Shown: positions 43,761-52,943 of the stretch, one piece after another
Position numbering within the stretch: position 1 is the stretch's first letter
Layout of the letters: each line of letters begins with the position of its first letter
DNA from: an uncultured bacterium
Lineage (GTDB): Bacteria > Babelota > Babeliae > Babelales > RVW-14
Assembly: GCA_963759805.1 (NCBI GenBank)
Contig: CAVXAT010000008.1
Span: 101,054-165,053 of the forward strand
Direction: 5' to 3'
DNA: 64,000 bases
Made by a program: the position numbers and the translations under genes
The notes under the pieces: model-generated
The model's input: the letters and a program-made list of their open reading frames with translations, nothing else
Database searches by the model: none
What the model was told of the DNA's origin: nothing

Positions 43761-45648
43761 GCAGGATCTTTCGATCAATATCTTTCAATATTACTCGCGT
43801 TTGAAATATCAAAATGGAGATAGCCGCAGGTGTCATGCCGGGAATTAATTGAGCCTGAGCAATAGTGCCTGGCTTATATTTCATTAGTTTCTGTTGAAGC
43901 TCACGCGTAATCCCAGGCATATCTTTATACTCAATTTTTTCAGGAATTATCAAATCAGCAAATTTTACTGTTTTTTCTGCCTCTTTATTCTCTTTTTCAA
44001 TATAACCATGATATCTAATTTCAGCATGAATGCAAAGGAGCGCACGTGGTGATAAATCACGTGGCGAAAGGGTTTGAATTTCAGCTTCGGCTAATCCTGC
44101 TATTTTTAGCTTTTCTTCAAGCTTTACCCTACACTCAGCTTTAATCTCGTCAGTAAAGTCAATCGAGTGAAAGAGCTTAAATAGCTGGTGATTTTCAGGA
44201 GATTTGATTATTTCAAGACTCTTTTGAATAATACTTTTTTCTTTTAAAAACTTTTCGTATAACTCATCGCAAATTGTACCAAGGGTTTTGGCATACGGCA
44301 TTAAACGTAAAAACGTATTATCTTGCCGCAAAATTAGCCGATGCTCTGCTCGAGATGTAAACATTCTGTAAGGCTCATCAACGCCTATTGTTACCAGATC
44401 GTCAATCATAACCCCAATGTAACTTTGCGATCTTGAAAGAACAAATGGGGCAAGACATCTATGTTTTAAACTTGCATTAATCCCCGCCATTAGACCCAAG
44501 CCTGCAGCTTCTTCGTATCCGGTTGTTCCAATCAATTGGCCGGCTAAAAACAACCCGGAAACTGTTTTTGACTCCAAAGAGTGCGTTAAATTATTTGGCT
44601 GAAAAAAATCATACTCGATCGCATATGCGCATTTTGAAATTACAGCATTTTCAAGCCCCTCAATGCTATTTATATACTGCTGCTGGACCTCAAGCGGCAA
44701 AGAGGTTGACAGCCCGGCCGGATAGCTTTCAACGCCATCCGCGCCTTCCGGTTCAATAAAAACATGATGCGAATTTTGGTTTGGAAATTTTTTAACTTTA
44801 TCTTCAATCGATGGACAGTAGCGCGGCCCAATGCCGGAAATTGCACCACCATACAAGGCAGAGAGATGGATGTTTTTGCGAATTATATCGTGAGTTTTTT
44901 CATTGGTTTTTGCAATGTAGCACGGATATTTTTCTTCTACATGCATGCCATCGAATTCGTATAAATATTCAAGTTGTTGCGCCGGCTGACGCTCAAGTTT
45001 TGAAAAATCAATACTGGAAGTTAGCAAACGAGGAGGCGTCCCTGTCTTTAACCTTAAAATTGGAACTTCCATTGCTTGTGAAATTGATTCAGAAAGACCG
45101 GGGACTGGAGCTTCTCCCCTTCGTCCGGCGGGATATCGCGTTTTGCCAATGTGGATAACGCCGTTTAAGAATGTTCCGGATGTAACAACAACACAGGGCG
45201 CATTAAAAATATCACCCGAAGATGTTTTTACCCCAATCACCCTTTTCTTCGAATTAATAGAATCAGTTAAAACTTCCGTACACATGCCAGTATAAATATC
45301 AAGATTTGGAACCTGTGATAAAATTTGAAAAGCGGTTTTGCTGTACGCAAATTTATCAATTTGGAGGCGTAGCCCTTGGACGGCAGGGCCCTTGCTTGTG
45401 TTAAGCATCCTGGCTTGCAGATAGGTCTTGGGACACAACTGCGGCATAAGTCCACCCAATGCGCTAATCTCAAAAACGATATGGCCCTTGCCCAACCCCC
45501 CAATTGACGGGTTGCAAGGCATTGTCGCAACTTTATTTTTATCTAATGTTATAAGCAGCGCTCTAGAGCCCATTTTGGCCGATGCGTATGCAGCCTCAAC
45601 CCCGGCATGCCCGCCACCTATAACTATTACATCGTAATTTTGATTCAT
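43747..45648 (-). CDS. mnmG: tRNA U34 modification enzyme MnmG/GidA
   Basis: GGGHAG.EAA, CNPSIGG, KTGTPPR, GPRYCPSIEDK, GTTGYEEAA, EPYRMFTSRAE. Confidence 0.97.
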   Translation of the reverse strand: MNQNYDVIVIGGGHAGVEAAYASAKMGSRALLITLDKNKVATMPCNPSIGGLGKGHIVFEISALGGLMPQLCPKTYLQARMLNTSKGPAVQGLRLQIDKFAYSKTAFQILSQVPNLDIYTGMCTEVLTDSINSKKRVIGVKTSSGDIFNAPCVVVTSGTFLNGVIHIGKTRYPAGRRGEAPVPGLSESISQAMEVPILRLKTGTPPRLLTSSIDFSKLERQPAQQLEYLYEFDGMHVEEKYPCYIAKTNEKTHDIIRKNIHLSALYGGAISGIGPRYCPSIEDKVKKFPNQNSHHVFIEPEGADGVESYPAGLSTSLPLEVQQQYINSIEGLENAVISKCAYAIEYDFFQPNNLTHSLESKTVSGLFLAGQLIGTTGYEEAAGLGLMAGINASLKHRCLAPFVLSRSQSYIGVMIDDLVTIGVDEPYRMFTSRAEHRLILRQDNTFLRLMPYAKTLGTICDELYEKFLKEKSIIQKSLEIIKSPENHQLFKLFHSIDFTDEIKAECRVKLEEKLKIAGLAEAEIQTLSPRDLSPRALLCIHAEIRYHGYIEKENKEAEKTVKFADLIIPEKIEYKDMPGITRELQQKLMKYKPGTIAQAQLIPGMTPAAISILIFQTRVILKDIDRKILHDKR

Positions 45649-45896
45649 ATTATCCAGATTAAATGCCAGAAATAGCTTACTTTAAAGCCAAAAACTACTG
45701 CTACAAGTTTACTACAGAATAGAAATAGCTACAAACACAACTTACCCAACAAAAAATACAAACAAATACAAGCCCCAATAAACTTCAAATAGAAATATAT
45801 ACAGAAAAAAATAATTAAAAAACAGAACATGCATAAAAAGCCGACTGCGTCGCAAAAAAATCAAAAACCCAAAAAGCAAATTGTTACAGGCTGGAA

Positions 45897-45949
45897 TGTT
45901 GATAACTTGTTGATAACTTGTGGATAAGTTGTTAATAACTTGTGGATAA
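45897..45949 (-). promoter_or_regulatory. Five DnaA boxes at 11-bp period
   Basis: TGTTGATAA, TGTTGATAA, TGTGGATAA, TGTTAATAA, TGTGGATAA with 2-bp spacers. Confidence 0.85.
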
Positions 45950-46037
45950 GTTTTTCATAACCCCGCAAAAGAGCGGACAGAATGGGTGGTTGGAAGGGGG
46001 TGCTTTTGAACCTCTGATCTGAACAAGCCTGCCGAAG

Positions 46038-46079
46038 TTATCAACAAGTTATCAACAAGTTATCAACAAGTTATCAACA
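46038..46079 (+). promoter_or_regulatory. Four DnaA-like boxes at 11-bp period, opposite orientation
   Basis: TTATCAACA x4 with AG spacers. Confidence 0.82.
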
Positions 46080-46137
46080 ATGCTCCCGAACCACAAAGTT
46101 TCGATTGGGACGCTGGTTTGATGGGGTCGAACCCGAG

Positions 46138-46206
46138 TTATCCACAAAAAACCCCGAGCCTACTACTACTATATTATATATATATTATATATAGTAATAA
46201 TAGGCT
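46138..46206. promoter_or_regulatory. Basal unwinding site: DnaA box, GC patch, DnaA-trios, AT tract
   Basis: TTATCCACA...CCCCGAGC-CTACTACTACTA-TATTATATATAT. Confidence 0.8.
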
Positions 46207-46358
46207 GACCCATTTTCTAAAATTATTTTTGAATTTTTATAAACCCAAAAAGTAAAAGACTTATTTAAATTGTTTGAGCTTCACTTTTTTGTTTTTTAAT
46301 CTAGAATTAAGCATATGTGGGTTTTTATTGGCATTTTTAATTAAAGGTTGGTATAAGA

Positions 46359-47483
46359 GTGAATCTAGCTGATGTCATTGAGGGGCTTGTTGAAGAGCGT
46401 GGTCTTGATCGCGAGAAAATTGTTTCTGTTATCTGCGATGGGATGAAGGCTGCTTTTATCAAAAAATTTCCCCAAATAAATTTTGCCGTTTCTTTTAATA
46501 AAAAGTCCGGCAGTCTAGAGGTCTTTTCTGAGAAAAATATTGTTTCCTCTGTGACTGATGAAGATAAAGAGATTTCATTGCGTAAAGCGAAGTCTATAAA
46601 TCCGAATGCAAAACTTGGCGAAACCGTCATGGTGCCATTTGATGATCATATCGGTCGAATAGAAATTTTGATGGTCAAGCAGTTGATCGCCAACAAGATA
46701 CGAGAGCTTGAGTCGTTTGCGGTATTTAACGACTTTAAAGATAAAAAGGGTAGTATTCTTATTGGTGTCGTTCATAAACGTGAACGTAACGGTATGGCCG
46801 TTAAGCTTGGTGAGGTTACAGCTCTTTTGCCAAAGGACAATTCTATTCCCGGCGAAAATTTGAAAATTGGTAATCCTATAAAAGTTCTTTTAAAAGAAGT
46901 TCTGTCAACTCCAAGATGGGACTATCAACTTATATTGGATAGAGCTTCCTGTGATTTTGTTAAAGGTCTTCTCGAAGTTGAAATACCAGAGGTGTTTGAG
47001 GGATTGGTTGAAATTAAAAAAATTGTCAGAGCTCCCGGATATAAAACTAAAGCAATTCTTGCTTCAACGAGTAAAGATATCGACCCGGTTGGTACATGTG
47101 TAGGTGTTGGCGGGGCCAGGATCAAGCCAATTTTACGTGAACTTGGACAAGAGAAGATAGATTTGATTGAGGCAACTGATTCAACCGAAGACTTGGTAAG
47201 AAACAGTCTAAAACCTGCCGAAATTGATAAAGTTGAGATTGTTGATGATAAAAGAGCTATCGTTTGGCTGGCTCAGGATCAACGTTCTTATGCAATTGGG
47301 AAGATGGGGCAAAATATTTCATTGGCGTCCAGGCTTGTTGGCTTGGATATTCAATTACAAGATATTAATCCATTGAGTGGAGAGATTTCATCTCTGCATG
47401 ATCATATTGATGCTGAAATTGAGGCTGAAGGTGGATCTGTGCAGGGTGGTGAATCTGTGCCGGATGAGGATGAAGAGTCGTAA
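46359..47483 (+). CDS. nusA: Transcription factor NusA
   Basis: GRI...KQ.I, EIPEV, R.PG.KTK, DPVGTCVG..G.RI, AIGK.GQN. Confidence 0.95.
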   Translation: MNLADVIEGLVEERGLDREKIVSVICDGMKAAFIKKFPQINFAVSFNKKSGSLEVFSEKNIVSSVTDEDKEISLRKAKSINPNAKLGETVMVPFDDHIGRIEILMVKQLIANKIRELESFAVFNDFKDKKGSILIGVVHKRERNGMAVKLGEVTALLPKDNSIPGENLKIGNPIKVLLKEVLSTPRWDYQLILDRASCDFVKGLLEVEIPEVFEGLVEIKKIVRAPGYKTKAILASTSKDIDPVGTCVGVGGARIKPILRELGQEKIDLIEATDSTEDLVRNSLKPAEIDKVEIVDDKRAIVWLAQDQRSYAIGKMGQNISLASRLVGLDIQLQDINPLSGEISSLHDHIDAEIEAEGGSVQGGESVPDEDEES

Positions 47484-47512
47484 TTTTTGAGCACTTTGCG
47501 TGTGAGATTAGC

Positions 47513-49843
47513 ATGAGAATTTATGAGATCGCTAAAGAGTTAGGTGTTTCAAGCAAAGACGTTATGTCTGTGCTAAAGTCCATGGGCGTTGATTTTTCCA
47601 ATCATATGTCTGTTCTGCCTGAAAATGTTGTCTTAAAGGTAAAACAACATTTTTCTGAAAAAAATAAGCCCGTTTCTGAAAAAAGTAACCCAGAAAAAAA
47701 AGCCAATAAAGAATTCGAGAAAAAAGAAGTGATTACAAGCGTTGAAAAAAAATCTGATACGAAAATAGAATCAAAACAACAAATATTCAAAGAAGAACCA
47801 AAGGTAAAAACAGTCGTGCATCCAACTCGAGAAATTGTAAAAGAAGAAATTGAAATTCTTCCTGAAGAAAAACCGGTTTATGTTCCTAAAAAATCTGATT
47901 ATATTGCCGAACCGCTCGCGTTAGCGGAAGAGGAGCTTATTGATGATGTTATTGAAAAAAGTAAGATCAGTAAGCTTTTAACTAATAAAATTGGTTTGGA
48001 AAGAAGAACTTTTAGACCAGGCCGTCGTAGGAAAAGACGTCAAAAACAGGTTGCAGTTACGCCTGAAATGAAAGTAGTCAAGGAGATTGTTGTTGATAAG
48101 AGTTTGCCTCTATTTGAAGTTGCAAATTTACTTGGAAAGCAGTCCGGCGAATTAATTATGGCGCTTATGCGAAAGGGTATGATTTGCAACAGAAACCATA
48201 TCCTTTCTACCGATATAATCAAAAGCTTGGCCGATCATTTTGGAATTGCAATTTTGGCGTCTCAAAAAACAGATGTCGATAAAATTGCCAAGTTAAGAAC
48301 TGAGACTAGTACATCTGTGCAGCGCTGGCCCGTTGTTGTAGTTATGGGGCATGTTGATCATGGCAAGACCACGTTGCTTGATTATATAAGAAAAATGAAT
48401 GTGGCAGGCTCTGAGAAGGGTGGAATTACGCAGCATCTTGGAGCTTACGATGTTGATAGTTCTCATGGCAAAATTGTGTTTATAGACACTCCCGGCCATG
48501 AAGCCTTTTCTCAAATGAGAGCGCGCGGTGCAAAAATTACAGACATAGTCGTTTTGGTAGTTGCCGTTGATGATGGAATTATGCCTCAAACGGTTGAAGC
48601 TATAAATCACGCAAAGACCGCTGGAGTTCCTATCATTGTTGCTATTAACAAAATTGATAAAAACAGTTCTCCGGCAGCCCTTGAGACAATTAAACGTCAA
48701 CTTGCAAAGCATGAATTAATGCCTGAAGATTGGGGTGGAAATGTTGTGGTGGTTCCTATCTCTGCCAAAACCGGCCAAGGGGTAAATGAATTATTAGAGA
48801 TGATTGTTTTGCAGTCACAACTTATGGACTTGAAAGCTGATGTAACTGTTCCGGCTCGCGCATTTATTTTAGAATCAAAGGTTGAAAAGGGTTTGGGCCC
48901 GGTTGCAACTGTTATTTGTACACAGGGAACATTGAAGCAAGGCGATTATTTTACGTGTGGCGCAAGCACTGGTCGAGTTAGGGTTCTAATAAATAGTCAA
49001 GGGAAGCGTATCACCCAGGTTTTACCATCAATTCCTGCGCAAGTAGTTGGGTTTGATAGCTTTGCGGCTGTTGGCGATTGGTTGACTGTTGTTCCTCAAG
49101 ATGTTTACTCAAAGGCGAGACAGGAGAAACAGGAAATTTCTCAATCTGCAGAATTGAACCAGCAGCAGGGCGTAACAATGGGAGATATGGGTTCTCGGGC
49201 AAAAGGCGCAGATCAAAAAGTTTTAAATTTAATTATAAAGTCAGATACACGTGGATCCATTGATGCCGTTCTTGGTTGTATTCAAAAACTTTCCAAATTG
49301 AGCAAAGAGATTAACTGTCCAATTCGTGTAATGCTAACCGGTGTGGGTGATATTTCTGAAAGTGATGTTGAATTGGCAGAGCATTCCAATGCTATTATTT
49401 ATGCCTTTCATGTGAAACCTGAAAAAAATGCCGGCATACTTGCAAAAGAAAAAAATGTTGATGTTAGGCCGTTTGATATTGTTTATCATTTGGTGGAAGA
49501 TATAGAAAAAAACCTTGAGAGCAAGCGCAAAATTGAAACCGTTTGGAAGCAATGTGGTGAGGCTACCGTTAAAAAAGTATTTGATATTAAAGGTGTTGGA
49601 ATAATAGCCGGTTGTTACATGCGCGATGGCGTCCTTTCAAAAGGTAACAAAGTTACTTGCATGAGAGATGGCAGAAATATTGGAGTTGGAAAAGTTATCA
49701 GCTTGCAACGTGATAAAAAATCTATTAAAGAAATTCACGCCGGTTATGAGTGTGGATTTGTTTGTGACGGTTTTAGCGATTGGCAAGAGGGTGATACCGT
49801 TATCTGTTCTTCTGAAGTAAAAGATAATCAAAATAAGAAATAA
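47513..49843 (+). CDS. infB: Translation initiation factor IF-2
   Basis: MGHVDHGKTTLLD, DTPGHEAF, NKID. Confidence 0.97.
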   Translation: MRIYEIAKELGVSSKDVMSVLKSMGVDFSNHMSVLPENVVLKVKQHFSEKNKPVSEKSNPEKKANKEFEKKEVITSVEKKSDTKIESKQQIFKEEPKVKTVVHPTREIVKEEIEILPEEKPVYVPKKSDYIAEPLALAEEELIDDVIEKSKISKLLTNKIGLERRTFRPGRRRKRRQKQVAVTPEMKVVKEIVVDKSLPLFEVANLLGKQSGELIMALMRKGMICNRNHILSTDIIKSLADHFGIAILASQKTDVDKIAKLRTETSTSVQRWPVVVVMGHVDHGKTTLLDYIRKMNVAGSEKGGITQHLGAYDVDSSHGKIVFIDTPGHEAFSQMRARGAKITDIVVLVVAVDDGIMPQTVEAINHAKTAGVPIIVAINKIDKNSSPAALETIKRQLAKHELMPEDWGGNVVVVPISAKTGQGVNELLEMIVLQSQLMDLKADVTVPARAFILESKVEKGLGPVATVICTQGTLKQGDYFTCGASTGRVRVLINSQGKRITQVLPSIPAQVVGFDSFAAVGDWLTVVPQDVYSKARQEKQEISQSAELNQQQGVTMGDMGSRAKGADQKVLNLIIKSDTRGSIDAVLGCIQKLSKLSKEINCPIRVMLTGVGDISESDVELAEHSNAIIYAFHVKPEKNAGILAKEKNVDVRPFDIVYHLVEDIEKNLESKRKIETVWKQCGEATVKKVFDIKGVGIIAGCYMRDGVLSKGNKVTCMRDGRNIGVGKVISLQRDKKSIKEIHAGYECGFVCDGFSDWQEGDTVICSSEVKDNQNKK

Positions 49844-49859
49844 ATTCTTATAAATTTTT

Positions 49860-51020
49860 ATGCACAAAGCAATTTCTATTTTTATAACGAATTTGTGGAA
49901 AAAGTCAGCCGCTCAAAAACGGCTGACTTTTTTTGAGAAAATAGTTTTTCTGATTTTTTGTGTTTTTGAAAAAATCTACTGCGCCATTTTTTTTATAGCC
50001 CAAAATTTCAACAGAAAAAACAACAACAAAATCGTGCCAAATTTAAAAGTTATATCCGTGGGGAATCTCTCAGTTGGGGGAACGGGTAAAAGTGTCTTCG
50101 TGGGCTTCCTGGTTCAAATTTTAGGGGCTGACCGTTGTGCCGTAATTTCTCGGGGATATGGAGGTACGCGTGGTAGTGGGAAAAGTATTTTGGTTAGTGA
50201 TGGGCAAAATTGTTTTTGTACTCCTGATGCTTGTGGTGATGAACCGTACATGCTTGCGCACACATTGCATGTGCCTGTGATTGTTGGTAAAGATCGTTAT
50301 AAATCATGTTTGTTATTAAATGAATCTTTTAAAATTGCCATTATTGATGACGGCTATCAGAATCATCAAATTAAAAAAGATTTGGAAATTCTTCTGCTTG
50401 ATGCAAGAAGTCCATTTGGCAATGGATATTGTTTACCTGCAGGAAATTTAAGAGAAAAAGATTGTTCACGCGCTGATGTTATTATTTTAACGCACGCTGA
50501 CGAAGTTAGTTTTGATTACCTATCGCAAATAAAACACAAACTTTTGCCAAATTTTGATCCCCGCAAAATTTTTTGCGGCAGGCATAAACCGCTAGGCTTA
50601 TTTTTATCCGACGAAGAACAAGTCGCGCTAAGTGATTATAAAAATAAAAAATTTTTAATTTTGGCTGCAATTGGCTCGTTCAATGGTTTTGTACAAAAGG
50701 TGAAAGAATTTGGCTCGAAAAATTTTGGAATACAAGTTGATCAAGTTTTAGAATTTCCCGATCACCATAATTATTCAGTTGGTGACGTTGCCCTAATTTT
50801 TGATACTGTAAAAAAACATGGTCTGAGCGGTGTCATCACAACTCAAAAAGATTGGAGTAAATTATCTTTCTTGATAGAGACGGATAAAAGTTTTCCAATT
50901 TTAATATTTAGAATCACGTTCGAATTTCTCACAGTTCAAGAAGATTTGTCTTTTAGAAAAACTTTGTTTGAATTTTTGCCTGCCTCAGAGTACAATTCTT
51001 ATGAAAAGATCTTGGGATAG
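49860..51020 (+). CDS. lpxK: Tetraacyldisaccharide 4'-kinase
   Basis: VGNLSVGGTGKS, SRGYG, GDEP, DDGYQ, PAGNLRE, FPDHH, TTQKD. Confidence 0.93.
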   Translation: MHKAISIFITNLWKKSAAQKRLTFFEKIVFLIFCVFEKIYCAIFFIAQNFNRKNNNKIVPNLKVISVGNLSVGGTGKSVFVGFLVQILGADRCAVISRGYGGTRGSGKSILVSDGQNCFCTPDACGDEPYMLAHTLHVPVIVGKDRYKSCLLLNESFKIAIIDDGYQNHQIKKDLEILLLDARSPFGNGYCLPAGNLREKDCSRADVIILTHADEVSFDYLSQIKHKLLPNFDPRKIFCGRHKPLGLFLSDEEQVALSDYKNKKFLILAAIGSFNGFVQKVKEFGSKNFGIQVDQVLEFPDHHNYSVGDVALIFDTVKKHGLSGVITTQKDWSKLSFLIETDKSFPILIFRITFEFLTVQEDLSFRKTLFEFLPASEYNSYEKILG

Positions 51021-51068
51021 GAAGTTGTGAATTAGAATGATTTGATATTGGGAGAGAGGAAGGCTGTT

Positions 51069-52082
51069 ATGAACTTTGTAGTAATAAGGCACATATTCTC
51101 TTTGGGAGGTTCTTTTTTTCTTGGTTGTTATATCATTCCCCAAATAATTAAATCATCCTTGCGATTAGGTATAATGGATGTTCCGGATGGAAAAATAAAA
51201 TGTCATAGTGCTCCCATTCCATATCTTGGAGGTGTTGCAATTTATCTATCTTTTATTGCAACATTATGCATTGTATATCCATTTGAAAATAAGATTGTTT
51301 GGCTTCTTCTTGGTTCAACATTGCTTTTATTAATAGGCCTGATTGACGATTTGCGTGTTTTGACCCCGATGCGAAAATTTTTTGGTCAGGTAGTTGCCAC
51401 TCTTTGTTTTTTAAAAGGTGGTTTTTCATTAAAGACCGAATTTTTGTCATCTTTTTTTAATTTATTTATTTCGGGGTTTTGGATGCTTTCCGTAATCAAC
51501 GCATTTAATCTTGTTGATGTTATGGATGGCTTGTCTTCACTGATAGCAATTGTCTCTTCCGTATCTTTTTTAATTATTGCACTTTTATTTAGACAGTATG
51601 AGGTTAGCCTTCTTCTGACCGCATTTTTAGGAGCGGTTGGAGCGTTTTTTATTTATAATAAACCTCCGGCAAAAATTTATATGGGAGACGCCGGATCCAT
51701 GTTCTTAGGCGGTTTTTTGGCTTCAGTTCCACTACTATTTTCCTGGAGTAGTTATTCCATTGATGCTTACTATGCTCCGGTTGTAATTTTAGCAATTCCC
51801 TTGCTTGAAATATTTTTTTTAGTGTTAATCAGAACATCAGTAGGAATTCCATTTTATAAGGGAAGCCCACATCATTTTTCAATTTATTTAATAAAAAAGG
51901 GATGGAGTAAATATCAGGTTCTGCTTTTTACTCTGATTATGGGGATATTATTTTCAGGGGCTGCATTTTTATTTCTGTTTAAGATAATTAATTTTTGGGG
52001 ATTATCTCTCATTCTTTTGTTTTTGCTTTTAATATGGTGTTATTTTGTTTTCTACAGTAAGAAATCAGGCTTATTTAACTAA
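51069..52082 (+). CDS. WecA/TagO-like undecaprenyl-phosphate GlcNAc-1-P transferase
   Basis: PYLGGVAI, GLIDD, NAFNLVDVMDGL, YMGDAGS. Confidence 0.9.
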   Translation: MNFVVIRHIFSLGGSFFLGCYIIPQIIKSSLRLGIMDVPDGKIKCHSAPIPYLGGVAIYLSFIATLCIVYPFENKIVWLLLGSTLLLLIGLIDDLRVLTPMRKFFGQVVATLCFLKGGFSLKTEFLSSFFNLFISGFWMLSVINAFNLVDVMDGLSSLIAIVSSVSFLIIALLFRQYEVSLLLTAFLGAVGAFFIYNKPPAKIYMGDAGSMFLGGFLASVPLLFSWSSYSIDAYYAPVVILAIPLLEIFFLVLIRTSVGIPFYKGSPHHFSIYLIKKGWSKYQVLLFTLIMGILFSGAAFLFLFKIINFWGLSLILLFLLLIWCYFVFYSKKSGLFN

Positions 52083-52928
52083 ACCTTTTAGAACCTTAAT
52101 CTCTTTTGCCCATAACTTCATCTCTGAATCACTTGGAGTTTCAAGAATTTTAGGAATATCTATCAGATTTTTGTCGTTCATAATTAATTTGAATGCTTCG
52201 AGTGGAATTTTGCCGTCATCCAGCGGCGCATGTCTATCTACTTTTGAACCGAGCGCTCCAGATGAGTTATTGATGTGAATAGCTTTTAATTTTTCAAGCC
52301 CAATTATTTTATCAAATGCCCGAAATGTTTCTTTATATGTCTCATGAGTTGAAATATCATAACCGGCAGCAAAAGCATGGCAAGTGTCAAAGCATACACC
52401 TAATCTTTTTTTGTTTTTGCATAGGTCGATAATATTTTGTAATTGTTCAAATTTATATCCAAGATTTGTCCCCTGCCCTGCCATATTTTCTAGCAAGATC
52501 ACTGTTTTGCCCGGAACGGCATCAAGGGCGATATCAATATTTTGTGCGATTAGCTCAATCCCTTTCTCTTCGCCAGCCCCAACATGTGAGCCGGGGTGTA
52601 GAACTAAGTATGGAATACCCAAAGATTCGCATCGATCAATTTCGTCTGTTAAAGATTTAATGGATTTGTGTAAAGTGACTTTATTACTTGAAGCAATATT
52701 AATCAAATATCCTGCGTGCGAGACAATAATTTTTATAGAAGATTTTTTTGCGGATTGCTTGAATGTCTCAATCTCGTCATCTTTTATTTTTTTAGAAAAC
52801 CATTGTCTGCTGCTTTTCGTGAAAATTTGCATTACAGTGCAACCAATTGATTCACCCCTTGCAAATGCCAGGTGAAGTTCTCCTGCTGATGAAATGTGTG
52901 ATCCAACAAGAATTTCTTTTTTTGACAT
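52071..52928 (-). CDS. nfo: Endonuclease IV
   Basis: GSHIS, HAGYLIN, HPGS, LENMAGQG, DTCH, DRH, LETP. Confidence 0.95.
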   Translation of the reverse strand: MSKKEILVGSHISSAGELHLAFARGESIGCTVMQIFTKSSRQWFSKKIKDDEIETFKQSAKKSSIKIIVSHAGYLINIASSNKVTLHKSIKSLTDEIDRCESLGIPYLVLHPGSHVGAGEEKGIELIAQNIDIALDAVPGKTVILLENMAGQGTNLGYKFEQLQNIIDLCKNKKRLGVCFDTCHAFAAGYDISTHETYKETFRAFDKIIGLEKLKAIHINNSSGALGSKVDRHAPLDDGKIPLEAFKLIMNDKNLIDIPKILETPSDSEMKLWAKEIKVLKGLVK

Positions 52929-52943
52929 GAATCGCCTTGCGTT

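Larger units (their letters stand above)
45650..46350. other. Probable chromosomal replication origin (oriC)
   Basis: Gene-free gap next to mnmG; 10 DnaA boxes (three perfect TTATCCACA); trio repeats and an AT tract; plus strand shifts from A/C-rich to G/T-rich; flanking genes diverge. Confidence 0.88.

Noticed and set aside
45897..46079. CRISPR array or satellite
   Set aside because: 11-bp units with no spacers; they are DnaA boxes.
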